This document shows, piece by piece, positions 21,521-31,200 of a DNA stretch of 64,000 nucleotides. Below the pieces are notes generated by a model. It saw only the letters and a program-made list of their open reading frames with translations. It did no database searches and was not told the origin of the DNA. The stretch is from Bacillota bacterium (lineage in GTDB: Bacteria > Bacillota > Bacilli > Lactobacillales > Enterococcaceae). The stretch's first letter is position 1; each line of letters opens with the position of its first letter. A program made the translations under genes and the position numbers. The stretch spans positions 887 to 64,886 of the forward strand of contig JAEWFE010000029.1 in the NCBI GenBank assembly GCA_023389005.1, written 5' to 3'.

Positions 21521-24500
21521 GTGTTAGATTTTTTAATCGTTAGTAAGCGAACAACTAAAAACGGCGAAGTAATTTTATATCCTAAGTTTAAGATATATCC
21601 TAAAAGCACCGACTTGATGATTCGTGGTGGCGATTTTTATAGTGTGTGGTTAGAAGATGAAAAAAGATGGTCTACCGATGAATCTGATGCTTTATTCGCT
21701 ATTGATAAAGAATTAGAAGAATATGCGGATGATTATGAAAAAAAGCATGGTGTTAGACCGAAAATTATGCATATGTGGGATTCTGAATCAGGAATGGTAG
21801 ATACATGGCATAAATACTGTAAAAAACAAGTACGCGATTCGTTTGCTATGCTTGATGAGAAATTGATATTCTCTAATACAGATGTTAAAAAAGAAGATTA
21901 TGCGAGTAAACGACTGAATTATCCTTTAGAAAAAGGAGATATTTCTGGATACGAAAAACTCATTTCAACATTATATTCTGAAGAGGAACGAATGAAAATT
22001 GAGTGGAGTATCGGAGCCATTGTCAGCGGTGACTCGAAGCATATTCAAAAATTTATGGTGCTATACGGGGCACAAGGTACTGGTAAATCCACTATTATTA
22101 ATATTATTGAAAAACTATTTGAGGGTTACTATTCGGTATTCGATGCAAAGGCATTGGGTTCGTTTAGTAACTCTTTTGCTTTGGAGGCATTTAATTCAAA
22201 TCCTCTTGTAGCAATACAACATGATGGTGATTTATCTAGAATTGAAGATAATACGCGATTGAACAGTTTGGTATCGCATGAAGAAATGTCTGTGAATGAA
22301 AAATTCAAATCTACTTATACAAATCGGTTTAAGGCATTTTTAATTATGGGTACGAACAAACCTGTAAAAATTACTGATGCGAAATCAGGGTTATTAAGAC
22401 GACTGATTGATGTCACACCTTCTGGACAAAAGTTGAGTCGCAAAGAATATGACCAAGCTGTTAAAAAAATCAATTTTGAATTAGGTGCTATCGCCTATCA
22501 TTGTCAGGAAGTATATTTAGCGAATAAGAATATTTATGACGATTATATTCCTAGTAATATGATGGGAGCGACGAATGATTTCTATAACTTTATTGTAGAT
22601 TCGTATCATATTTTTGTTAGAGAAAATGGAACAAATTTAAAAGCTGCTTGGGAAATGTATAAGCAGTACTGTGACGAAGCAAGGGTTCCATATCCTTTGA
22701 CCCAACGTTTATTTAAAGAAGAACTGAAAAACTACTTTAAAGATTTCGAAGATAGGGTAACAAAAGAGGATGGTACTATCATTCGTAATTCATATTCTAA
22801 CTTTAAAACTGATATTTTCCAAAAGAAAGAGCCTGTTAAACATGAAATTACTGTTGTAAAAAAACTGGAGCTTTTAGAAACAAAATCTCTTTTCGACGAG
22901 ATGTATAAGGATTCAATTGCGCAATACGCTACAAAATACGGAACACCAATGAAAGAATGGGATAAAGTAAAAACCACTTTAAAAGATTTAGACACCAGAA
23001 AATTACATTATATTCGTGTGCCACTGAAACATATTGTAATAGATTTTGATTTAAAAGACGCCGATGGTAATAAATCTTTAGAGCTAAATCTTATTGAAGC
23101 TGCCAAGTGGCCCTCTACTTATGCCGAAATCAGCAAAAGCGGTCAAGGCGTTCACTTACATTATTTATATAACGGTGATGTAACTCAATTAAGTGCTGTA
23201 TACGATGATCAAATTGAGATTAAAGTATTTAGTGGTAAGCAATCTTTACGTAGGCAATTAACTTATTGTAATGATATTCCAATCTCTACGATAAGTTCTG
23301 GTTTACCACTTAGGAGCGATAAAAAAATGATAATTAAAGATGTATTAATAAATGAAAAAGCTATTCGAAGACTTATTGAAAAGAATTTGAAAAAAGAATA
23401 CCACGCAGATACTAAATCCAGTGTAGATTTTATCCATCACATTCTGGAAAAAGCATATAATGAAGGGATTAGTTATGACGTTAGTGATTTGAAGAATATT
23501 ATAACTTCTTTTGCAGCACAATCTACTAATCAATCATTAACTTGCTTGAAAACCGTTGCTTCGATGAAATTTAAATCAGAAGAACCATCAAAGTTTACAT
23601 CAAATGACGAGAAACCAATAACGTTTTACGATATTGAGGTTTTTCCAAATTTATTTCTGGTGAATTATAAAGAAATGGGCGAAGGAAAACCAATTCATAG
23701 AATGATTAACCCATCGATAGAAGATATTCAATTTCTTGTAGACGAACATCGACTAGTAGGGTTTAACTGTAGACGATATGATAATCATATTTTATACGCA
23801 AGATTGCTTGGATATGACAATACCGGACTTTACAAAACCTCACAAGCGATAATTAATTCCAAGAAAGGAAGTCGTTCTGGGTTCTTCGGAGAAGCTTATA
23901 ATATTTCATATACAGATATTTATGATTTCTCAACAAAGAAACAAAGTCTGAAGAAATGGGAAATCGAACTTGGAATTTCTCACGTAGAATTGGGTCTTCC
24001 ATGGGATCAACCTGTTCCGAAAGAAAAATGGATTGAAGTATCAGAATATTGTGATAATGATGTATTGGCTACTGAAGCAGTATTCAATCATCTAAAAGCC
24101 GATTGGATCGCTAGACAAATTCTAAGCGATATTTCAGGAGGCTCTGTAAATGACACTACCAATTCGTTAACAACTCGATTCATTTTCAAAAATGATAAAG
24201 AGCCTCAACATCATTTTCAATACCGAAATTTAGCGGAACCGGTACACAGTATTCCTGATGACATGCGAGAGTTTTTAACGAAAAAATTTCCAAAAATGAT
24301 GAAACCATTTGGTAAGGCTGAAAGTATCTTACCTTATTTTCCAGGTTATAAATTTGTTAACGGAGTATCGACGTATAAAGGATTTACAGTTGGTGAAGGC
24401 GGGTTCGTCCATGCTAAACCAGGTATATACGGGAATGTAGCGTTAATCGACGTTGCGAGTATGCATCCACATAGCATCATTACAGAATATTTATTTGGTA

Positions 24501-25582
24501 AATACACAAAGATTTTCGCAGATATTGTGGATGGGCGTATTACAGTTAAGCATGAAGATTGGGACAATCTGAATCATTTATTAGATGGTAAACTCGTACC
24601 GTATATTCAGAAAATCAAAGATGGCGAATTCGCATCTGGGGATTTAGCAATGGCGCTTAAAATCGCAATTAATTCTGTATACGGTTTAACTTCTGCACAC
24701 TTCACTAATAACTTTAGAGATAATCGAAATGTGGATAATATAGTAGCGAAACGAGGCGCGTTATTCATGATCGATTTATTAGAAGCTGTAGAAGAAAAAG
24801 GATATAATGTAGTCCATATCAAAACAGACTCGATTAAGATAGCCGATGCTGATTCGGACATCATTCAATTTGTAATGGAGTTTGGTGAAAAATACGGTTA
24901 CTCATTTGAGCACGAAGCTACTTATGACAGAATGTGTCTTGTGAACGACTCTGTGTATATTGCGAAATATAAAGACGCGGAAAGTTGTAATAGTATGTAT
25001 GGATATATTCCAGGAGATAATAAGAAAAAAGGGAACAAATGGGTCGCTGTTGGAAAACAATTCGCAGTTCCTTACTTGTTTAAAAAACTATTTAGTAAAG
25101 AGGATATTCTATTAAGTGATGTAAAAGAGGTATTCTCCGTGAAATCGGCTTTATATTTAGACATGAATGAACGCTTGCCCGATGTAACTTTGGAAGAAAA
25201 AGAACTCAATAAGTTGGAGAAAGCTTTTAAAAAAGAAAAGATAGAAGAACAGGAATATCTTAAATTAAAAGAAGAACTCCAAACTAAAATTACATCAGGT
25301 CATGATTATAAATTCGTTGGTAAAGTCGGAAGTTTCTATCCGGTTAAGCCTGGAATCGGCGGTGGAGAACTGAGAAGAGAGCACGATGGAAAATATTATG
25401 CGGCACCTGGTACAACAGGTTATCGTTGGTTAGAAGCTGACATGGTTAACGATTCAGATGCCTGGGATATTATCGATACAACATTTTATGATAACTTAGT
25501 TACTGATGCCATACACGATATTAATCAATACGGTGATTTCGAATGGTTTGTTTCCGACGATCCGTATATTCCTCGCGTGTAA
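21521..25582 (+). CDS. Fused SF3 helicase / primase-polymerase / family B DNA polymerase
   Basis: Walker A GAQGTGKS and MGTN; AEP motifs IVIDFD and SKSGQGVHLHY; exonuclease FYDIE, GFNCRRYD, YCDND; PolB DVASMHP, KIAINSVYG, KTDS. Confidence 0.88.
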   Translation: MLDFLIVSKRTTKNGEVILYPKFKIYPKSTDLMIRGGDFYSVWLEDEKRWSTDESDALFAIDKELEEYADDYEKKHGVRPKIMHMWDSESGMVDTWHKYCKKQVRDSFAMLDEKLIFSNTDVKKEDYASKRLNYPLEKGDISGYEKLISTLYSEEERMKIEWSIGAIVSGDSKHIQKFMVLYGAQGTGKSTIINIIEKLFEGYYSVFDAKALGSFSNSFALEAFNSNPLVAIQHDGDLSRIEDNTRLNSLVSHEEMSVNEKFKSTYTNRFKAFLIMGTNKPVKITDAKSGLLRRLIDVTPSGQKLSRKEYDQAVKKINFELGAIAYHCQEVYLANKNIYDDYIPSNMMGATNDFYNFIVDSYHIFVRENGTNLKAAWEMYKQYCDEARVPYPLTQRLFKEELKNYFKDFEDRVTKEDGTIIRNSYSNFKTDIFQKKEPVKHEITVVKKLELLETKSLFDEMYKDSIAQYATKYGTPMKEWDKVKTTLKDLDTRKLHYIRVPLKHIVIDFDLKDADGNKSLELNLIEAAKWPSTYAEISKSGQGVHLHYLYNGDVTQLSAVYDDQIEIKVFSGKQSLRRQLTYCNDIPISTISSGLPLRSDKKMIIKDVLINEKAIRRLIEKNLKKEYHADTKSSVDFIHHILEKAYNEGISYDVSDLKNIITSFAAQSTNQSLTCLKTVASMKFKSEEPSKFTSNDEKPITFYDIEVFPNLFLVNYKEMGEGKPIHRMINPSIEDIQFLVDEHRLVGFNCRRYDNHILYARLLGYDNTGLYKTSQAIINSKKGSRSGFFGEAYNISYTDIYDFSTKKQSLKKWEIELGISHVELGLPWDQPVPKEKWIEVSEYCDNDVLATEAVFNHLKADWIARQILSDISGGSVNDTTNSLTTRFIFKNDKEPQHHFQYRNLAEPVHSIPDDMREFLTKKFPKMMKPFGKAESILPYFPGYKFVNGVSTYKGFTVGEGGFVHAKPGIYGNVALIDVASMHPHSIITEYLFGKYTKIFADIVDGRITVKHEDWDNLNHLLDGKLVPYIQKIKDGEFASGDLAMALKIAINSVYGLTSAHFTNNFRDNRNVDNIVAKRGALFMIDLLEAVEEKGYNVVHIKTDSIKIADADSDIIQFVMEFGEKYGYSFEHEATYDRMCLVNDSVYIAKYKDAESCNSMYGYIPGDNKKKGNKWVAVGKQFAVPYLFKKLFSKEDILLSDVKEVFSVKSALYLDMNERLPDVTLEEKELNKLEKAFKKEKIEEQEYLKLKEELQTKITSGHDYKFVGKVGSFYPVKPGIGGGELRREHDGKYYAAPGTTGYRWLEADMVNDSDAWDIIDTTFYDNLVTDAIHDINQYGDFEWFVSDDPYIPRV

Positions 25583-25601
25583 AACACACCCTTTAATGGA
25601 A
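25573..25601 (+). promoter_or_regulatory. 29-bp phage motif copy 11
   Basis: TCGCGTGTAAAACACACCCTTTAATGGAA overlapping the polymerase stop. Confidence 0.85.
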
Positions 25602-25624
25602 CTATATTTTAGGAGGAATGTAAA

Positions 25625-25912
25625 ATGGATGTATTGAAATTAATTGATACTGTAGTTGAACACAAAGAGAAAGTTATTGGTGCTGGAGCATTATTAGGAG
25701 CAACCGCATTAGGAATGGCTTTGAAAGGCAAACGAAAAAATCTAAGTCAACGAGTGACATACTGGATTGATAAGGATTATATCAACGTTGTCGGAAAAGA
25801 TATTCCGATTGATGGTTTATCTGATTTTGCTGCTGGTATGGCTTCTCTATGTGACGAAGCAGATATCTATAAACCAGTAGATGTGGTTATTACATTTAAG
25901 AAAAGAAAATAG
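25625..25912 (+). CDS. Hypothetical protein, paralog of 25993
   Basis: AGGAGG RBS; VGKDIPIDGLSDFA...PVDVVITFK. Confidence 0.75.
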   Translation: MDVLKLIDTVVEHKEKVIGAGALLGATALGMALKGKRKNLSQRVTYWIDKDYINVVGKDIPIDGLSDFAAGMASLCDEADIYKPVDVVITFKKRK

Positions 25913-25992
25913 TTAATTAGTGTAGAGAGATTTGGTAACAGGTCTCTCTATTCTTTTTATAAAAAATTTTTACAAAAAGGAAGAGAAGAGAA

Positions 25993-26397
25993 ATGAAATT
26001 ACAAAAATTGTATGCAGCATGGGGTATTTTAGGCTTAGGTATATTAATAGGTACTTGTCTACGGAAACCAAAATTTAAAAACGAAAAGACTAGTAAAGGG
26101 AACGAACCATTCGTAGAATCTGATTCTATTCAAATTGATGAATTGCCTGAATTCGCATGGAATACGGGACGTTTAATGCGTGATGCGGATTTATCTTTGC
26201 CAGTTGATACGGTTATTACTTTTAAAGTCGAAAATCCTAAAGACCCAAATAAACGTTTTGTACATCTCATCGGAAATAATATTCCTATTGACGGTTTATC
26301 AGAATTTGCTATTCGTGGCGTGAGTAACAAACAATCTACGGAAGAAATAGATATCAATAAACCAGTAAGTATATTGGTCAGATATAAGAAAAAGTAA
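25993..26397 (+). CDS. Hypothetical protein, paralog of 25625 with an internal repeat
   Basis: PVDTVITFK and IGNNIPIDGLSEFA; N-terminal TM helix. Confidence 0.75.
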   Translation: MKLQKLYAAWGILGLGILIGTCLRKPKFKNEKTSKGNEPFVESDSIQIDELPEFAWNTGRLMRDADLSLPVDTVITFKVENPKDPNKRFVHLIGNNIPIDGLSEFAIRGVSNKQSTEEIDINKPVSILVRYKKK

Positions 26398-26410
26398 GGA
26401 GGAAATCAAA

Positions 26411-26554
26411 ATGTCAAAAGCATTCAAAAATGGTTTTAAAAGAGGCGTAGGTTATGCGCTAGGCATGCATGTGGGTTCGCTCATATTCCTAGCAGCTGCA
26501 AAAATAATCTTAAACGCAACAAACGAAAATAACATTGAAAACAAAAATGATTAA
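26411..26554 (+). CDS. Small 47-aa membrane peptide (absent from ORF track)
   Basis: AAGGAGG RBS; MSKAFKNGFKRGVGYALGMHVGSLIFLAAAKII... Confidence 0.65.
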   Translation: MSKAFKNGFKRGVGYALGMHVGSLIFLAAAKIILNATNENNIENKND

Positions 26555-26578
26555 TTAAATGAAAGAAGGATTTTTATT

Positions 26579-27127
26579 ATGACAATGAAACTTATTGAAG
26601 CACCAAATGGAAACTTACAAATCGACAACGCACGTATTATCTACAATAACTTTAAAGGTAGAGCATCTCAATATAATAAAGAAGGAGACCGTAACTTCTG
26701 CTTGATTATCGATGACGAGAATGTGGCGGATTATTTAAATGAAAAAGGATGGAATGTTAAAATTAAACCACCTCGTGAAGAGGGTGAATCTCCATTTATG
26801 TATTTAAAAGTAAACGTCAAGTTTAATGGTCGTGGACCTCATGTATATTTAGAATCAAATTCTAAAATGACTAAATTAGATGAAGAAACAGTTGAAATTT
26901 TAGACGACATTAACATCGTTTCAGTAGATTTGGATATTCGTCCATATCATTGGAACCAAAAAGGAAAAGATGGTGAAATTATCAACGAAGGAATCTCTGC
27001 ATATTTACAGTCAATGAAAGTGGTTCAAGAGTTAGATAGATTCGCAGAGTATTACGAAAATATCGTAAGTGGTAAAGACTTAGAAACAGAAGAACCAGAT
27101 TTCATTGATGAAATGTTTGAAGATTAA
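26579..27127 (+). CDS. Single-stranded DNA-binding protein
   Basis: Gp2.5-like pattern (NFKG...EGDRNF...AYLQSM), acidic C-terminal tail, replication context. Confidence 0.7.
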   Translation: MTMKLIEAPNGNLQIDNARIIYNNFKGRASQYNKEGDRNFCLIIDDENVADYLNEKGWNVKIKPPREEGESPFMYLKVNVKFNGRGPHVYLESNSKMTKLDEETVEILDDINIVSVDLDIRPYHWNQKGKDGEIINEGISAYLQSMKVVQELDRFAEYYENIVSGKDLETEEPDFIDEMFED

Positions 27128-27186
27128 TTCATTTGGGGGCTATGTAATGTAGTCCTCTTCTTTTTATCTAGAATTGGAGTGATTAT

Positions 27187-27396
27187 ATGACATATTTAAT
27201 TCCTATGTTAAAAGAATCTAAATTTATATTACACATTTTATTTATTGAATTTTGGTTTGGAAGAATACTTCTCTTGTTTGGCTGTTGTATTTTTACATTA
27301 TGTAACTCTGTATATCTACCACTATTTGCATATTCATTATTATACTTACTATTTGGAATTACGGGTATATTTATATACGCGATTATAGATGACTAA
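27187..27396 (+). CDS. Small membrane protein
   Basis: GGAG RBS; strongly hydrophobic. Confidence 0.6.
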   Translation: MTYLIPMLKESKFILHILFIEFWFGRILLLFGCCIFTLCNSVYLPLFAYSLLYLLFGITGIFIYAIIDD

Positions 27397-28594
27397 GCAT
27401 GAATTTTTAAGAGAACACCAAAAAAAAGCACTTACGAAGATGTTCTCAGGATGTATTTTAAATGGTGGTACAGGAAGTGGTAAGAGTCGAACTGGACTAT
27501 ATTTTTACTTTCATACATATGGCGGAACGATGTATCCGAATTATCGTCCGATGCGTAATCCAGTAGACCTATATATTATAACAACAGCAAAAAAACGGAA
27601 TGACTTAGAGTGGGAAGAAGAAATGGTTCCATTCTTATTAGCCAAAGATAACGACTATGGAATAAAGGTAGTTGTTGATTCTTGGCAAAATATAAAAAAG
27701 TACAGGGATGTTAAAAATTCGTTCTTTATATTCGATGAGGATAAAGTTACTGGTAAAGGAGTTTGGGTTAAAACATTCTTGACATTAGCAAAGCATAATC
27801 AATGGATTATATTATCCGCAACACCTGGGGATAAATGGGAAGAATATATTCCAGTATTCGTAGCCAATGGATTTTATAAGAATCGTACTGAATTTTCAAG
27901 AGAACATTTGGTTTATGCTAGATATTCTAATTTCCCTAAAGTAACTGGATACATGAATGAAAAACGTTTGATAGCTTTGCGAAATAAAATTCTTATAGAT
28001 ATGCCATTCGATAGGCACACGACTCAAAATCATATAGATATTCATGTTGATTATGACATCAAAAAGTATAAAGAAGTCGGTCGAACGAGATGGGATATTT
28101 ATAAAGACGAACCAATCCAACAAGCATCTGGTTTATGTTACGTTTTGAGACATGTTGTTAACGAAGATGAGACTAGGCAGACAAAGTTGTTGGAAATATT
28201 TGAAAAGCACGAAAAAATTATTGTGTTTTATTCGTTTAATTACGAACGCGATATATTACTGAATCTTTGTTACGGAGATGATGTTGAAGTAGCTGAATAT
28301 TCTGGACATTGCCACCAGCCGATACCAAAAAGTAAAAAATGGGTATATTTAGTAAACTATACAGCTGGTTGCGAGGGTTGGAATAGTATCGAAACTGACA
28401 CGATTGTATTTTATTCTCAGACATACAGTTACAAAGTGTTGGAGCAAGCTTGCGGAAGGATAGATAGGTTAACAACACCCTTTACAGACTTATATTACTA
28501 TCATTTCAAAAGTAATAGCCCAATCGATAGAGCTATATCTAGGGCATTAGCGCAGAAAAAAGACTTTAATATTAGAAAGTTCGTGAAGTGGTAA
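27389..28594 (+). CDS. Superfamily 2 helicase
   Basis: GTGSGKS, FIFDED, LSATP, QACGRIDR. Confidence 0.88.
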   Translation: MTKHEFLREHQKKALTKMFSGCILNGGTGSGKSRTGLYFYFHTYGGTMYPNYRPMRNPVDLYIITTAKKRNDLEWEEEMVPFLLAKDNDYGIKVVVDSWQNIKKYRDVKNSFFIFDEDKVTGKGVWVKTFLTLAKHNQWIILSATPGDKWEEYIPVFVANGFYKNRTEFSREHLVYARYSNFPKVTGYMNEKRLIALRNKILIDMPFDRHTTQNHIDIHVDYDIKKYKEVGRTRWDIYKDEPIQQASGLCYVLRHVVNEDETRQTKLLEIFEKHEKIIVFYSFNYERDILLNLCYGDDVEVAEYSGHCHQPIPKSKKWVYLVNYTAGCEGWNSIETDTIVFYSQTYSYKVLEQACGRIDRLTTPFTDLYYYHFKSNSPIDRAISRALAQKKDFNIRKFVKW

Positions 28595-28821
28595 AGATGG
28601 AGGTGAGTCTAATGACTGCGATACGAATTATAGGAGTATATTCTAAGAAAGTATATTTTGAGGGTAAAGAACAAGAATGCTCTAAATGGCTTTTAGAAAA
28701 TTATCCTACAACTAAAATTAAAAAAGCAATCTATAAAAATCAATACATTGAGGAAATTATCGACCTGCCGGTGTTAAGAGATCCAATATTTCCAGAACCA
28801 TTGGCAAAGGTGAAAGCATAA
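28588..28821 (+). CDS. Hypothetical protein, paralog of 28849
   Basis: IG......Y..G.E...S..L...YP...I..EP pattern shared with the next ORF. Confidence 0.65.
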   Translation: MVKMEVSLMTAIRIIGVYSKKVYFEGKEQECSKWLLENYPTTKIKKAIYKNQYIEEIIDLPVLRDPIFPEPLAKVKA

Positions 28822-28848
28822 AAATAAAAGATAGGGGACTATGTTAGT

Positions 28849-29055
28849 ATGAAAAATGTAGTATTTATCGGTACAAAAACTGGAAGAATATATTATGTTG
28901 GAGATGAGTGCGCCGCATCAAGATATTTAATCAACAAGTATCCTTCGCTAGTCGAGTCTGATGCTTTAAGAAGAGATCAACGGTATCCAAGATGTATTTA
29001 TGAAGAACCTATGAGAAAATTTGTTATTTCCTCGCACGAAAAACACGTCCTTTAA
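28849..29055 (+). CDS. Hypothetical protein, paralog of 28588
   Basis: Same pattern as the previous ORF; GGGG RBS. Confidence 0.65.
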   Translation: MKNVVFIGTKTGRIYYVGDECAASRYLINKYPSLVESDALRRDQRYPRCIYEEPMRKFVISSHEKHVL

Positions 29056-29060
29056 TGGAA
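29032..29060 (+). promoter_or_regulatory. 29-bp phage motif copy 12
   Basis: TCGCACGAAAAACACGTCCTTTAATGGAA. Confidence 0.85.
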
Positions 29061-29083
29061 CAATATTTAAGGAGGAATGTGTT

Positions 29084-29308
29084 ATGAAACGCAAAAACAT
29101 TGATGCTATGAGAGAAGTGAGACTTTGGACAAGAGACATCGTTATACCAGGCGTTGCAGTTGGTGTAATGTTGTGGACTAATGACGAAGTACGAAAGATG
29201 ATTAAGTACAAATGTAAAGACGTATCAAACAAAGTGAAATCTAAATTTGTGAAAAAGGAAGACGAGTCTAAGATTGTTGTATTCCCTAATAAGGAAGACA
29301 GAGCTTAG
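29084..29308 (+). CDS. Hypothetical protein
   Basis: AAGGAGG RBS; AGAGC-TTAG-GCTCT terminator. Confidence 0.7.
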   Translation: MKRKNIDAMREVRLWTRDIVIPGVAVGVMLWTNDEVRKMIKYKCKDVSNKVKSKFVKKEDESKIVVFPNKEDRA

Positions 29309-29340
29309 GCTCTCTTCTTTTTATTTTTCAGGAGGTAGTT

Positions 29341-29562
29341 ATGATGACAAATAGAGAACAAGCAATAATTACAGCATACACATCGATTAAGCTACAAGAT
29401 GATTATCGATATTTACTAGATTATTTATCTGACATTACCGGTAGAGCTGTAACAAAAAGCGAGATGAATGACGTGATATTTGCAAATAAAAACAGAATTG
29501 AAAGAGATTATAGACGCATGTCATTAAGATATAATGATGTGTTTATGGGAGGTAAAGTGTGA
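29341..29562 (+). CDS. Hypothetical phage protein
   Basis: AGGAGG RBS; MTNREQAIITAYT. Confidence 0.7.
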   Translation: MMTNREQAIITAYTSIKLQDDYRYLLDYLSDITGRAVTKSEMNDVIFANKNRIERDYRRMSLRYNDVFMGGKV

Positions 29563-29832
29563 TGAAAGATTTAATTATTGGACTGATTGGTGCTACTTTG
29601 TTATACGTACTAACTTTTATATATACGTGTGTAATATTATCACTAATCTTTTGGTGTTTCGGTATCTCATTTTCGCTTAAGATTGCTTTGGGAATTTGGC
29701 TAGTGTTACTCCTACTTCATTCATTTGTCAAAATGTCCGTTAAAGCAAGTTTAGATATTTAAAATTAATGGAATTGAAAGAGATTATAGACGCATGTCGT
29801 TAAGATATAATGATATGTTCATTGGAGGTAAA
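29495..29832 (+). repeat. 62-bp direct repeat (29495-29556 and 29771-29832)
   Basis: 58/62 identical; each copy precedes a 67-aa membrane paralog. Confidence 0.85.
29559..29762 (+). CDS. Small two-TM membrane protein
   Basis: Hydrophobic; FWCFG..FSL...LGIW. Confidence 0.7.
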   Translation: MMKDLIIGLIGATLLYVLTFIYTCVILSLIFWCFGISFSLKIALGIWLVLLLLHSFVKMSVKASLDI

Positions 29833-29837
29833 CGAGG

Positions 29838-30041
29838 ATGAAAGAAATAATATTGGCTTTAATTGGAATATTTATCGTATGGGGAATTAGCTTTGTGTTA
29901 TTAGCGGGATTACTGTTTGTACTATTCTGGTGTTTCGGATTGGTATTTTCACTTCGATTGGTATTGGGAATATGGATAATTATCGCTGCGTTGATAGCTT
30001 TTGTAAAATGGTTATTTTATTTAGGGAATAATGTGTTATGA
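29838..30041 (+). CDS. Small two-TM membrane protein (paralog)
   Basis: FWCFG..FSL...LGIW. Confidence 0.7.
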   Translation: MKEIILALIGIFIVWGISFVLLAGLLFVLFWCFGLVFSLRLVLGIWIIIAALIAFVKWLFYLGNNVL

Positions 30042-30077
30042 GAGAATTGAGACTTTTCGTAGGGGAGGGGATGGCTG

Positions 30078-30269
30078 ATGATTAATGAAGAAAAAGAAGT
30101 CTATTTTCATGAATATTGTGGAAGGTGTGTGCATGCTAAAAAGAGGGATGATGATTACCCTTGCTCCGATTGTCTTGCTCGCCCTACAAATACGCATAGT
30201 CATAAACCAGTATATTTTGAGGAGGTAGAGAAGGATGGTAAAAATACACGAATTAGAAAAACTAGCTAA
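30078..30269 (+). CDS. Small Cys-rich protein
   Basis: YCGRC...PCSDC. Confidence 0.7.
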   Translation: MINEEKEVYFHEYCGRCVHAKKRDDDYPCSDCLARPTNTHSHKPVYFEEVEKDGKNTRIRKTS

Positions 30270-30537
30270 ACGCTATGGATATGATACTAGTCTAGCTCAA
30301 TTAATCTTAAAACTTATGGAAGACAAACCATACAGGTGTCCAAAATGCAAAGGAACGGGCATGCGAGAAGTAACTTATAATGCATATCCAAGTGGGTTTC
30401 CAGATAGTGGTTGGGTTTATGAACCTAAAACCAAAACGGTAGATTGTGATTTATGTAATGGAGAAGGTTATACATCAGTTAAATACAAACCTAATATGGT
30501 TCAACAAGGATGGTTAACTGAACAGGAGGAAAAGTAG
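30235..30537 (+). CDS. DnaJ-type zinc-finger protein
   Basis: CPKCKGTG and CDLCNGEG. Confidence 0.7.
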   Translation: MVKIHELEKLAKRYGYDTSLAQLILKLMEDKPYRCPKCKGTGMREVTYNAYPSGFPDSGWVYEPKTKTVDCDLCNGEGYTSVKYKPNMVQQGWLTEQEEK

Positions 30538-30539
30538 AG

Positions 30540-30851
30540 ATGTTAGATTATATGGAGTTAAATAAAATAACTGATTTAATCAATTATATTGATTCAGAGA
30601 TGACTGGAGTAAAAGATAAGATTTTAGAGATTGATAAAGTCGTATTTCAAGTCGATAGTAAAACTAAAAACAGTGGATTATTAGGTTTAGAAAATAAAAA
30701 AATATCTTTACTAAGAGAATATGATTTACTTTTAACTAGGTATGGTAAATTAGTAGAACAAAGACGAGATGTTCTAGACACAATTGTTAGGGGATTATGC
30801 AAAAATGATACTGTACTTCATACCGATGATAATCGAACAATAGAAATTTAA
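30540..30851 (+). CDS. Hypothetical protein
   Basis: AGGAGG RBS; operon context. Confidence 0.65.
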   Translation: MLDYMELNKITDLINYIDSEMTGVKDKILEIDKVVFQVDSKTKNSGLLGLENKKISLLREYDLLLTRYGKLVEQRRDVLDTIVRGLCKNDTVLHTDDNRTIEI

Positions 30852-30867
30852 ACAGGAGGATCGTAGT

Positions 30868-31200
30868 ATGGCGATGACTAAGGAAATCCATTTGTATGCT
30901 TATGCGAGCGGTAAATTAAAATATTACAGTGAAGCTGTCTTATATAATCACGATGCGAATAAAGAGCATACACTTGCGAGTTATCAAGACGGAAGACACC
31001 ACAAACCTGTCGAACGTGTGGTTTCGGTTATTCCTGGGGAAATATATAATCATATGCTATGGCTACGGGTGAAGGATCATAACTTTGCCCGTATGTTGTT
31101 TAAGCAACATTATGTTACCAAACTTATAAATGCAAAAGCACGAATTACAGAATTAGAAAATGATATTGAAAATTTAACTAAAGTAGAGATTGGAGAATAA
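30868..31200 (+). CDS. Hypothetical protein
   Basis: AGGAGG RBS. Confidence 0.7.
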   Translation: MAMTKEIHLYAYASGKLKYYSEAVLYNHDANKEHTLASYQDGRHHKPVERVVSVIPGEIYNHMLWLRVKDHNFARMLFKQHYVTKLINAKARITELENDIENLTKVEIGE

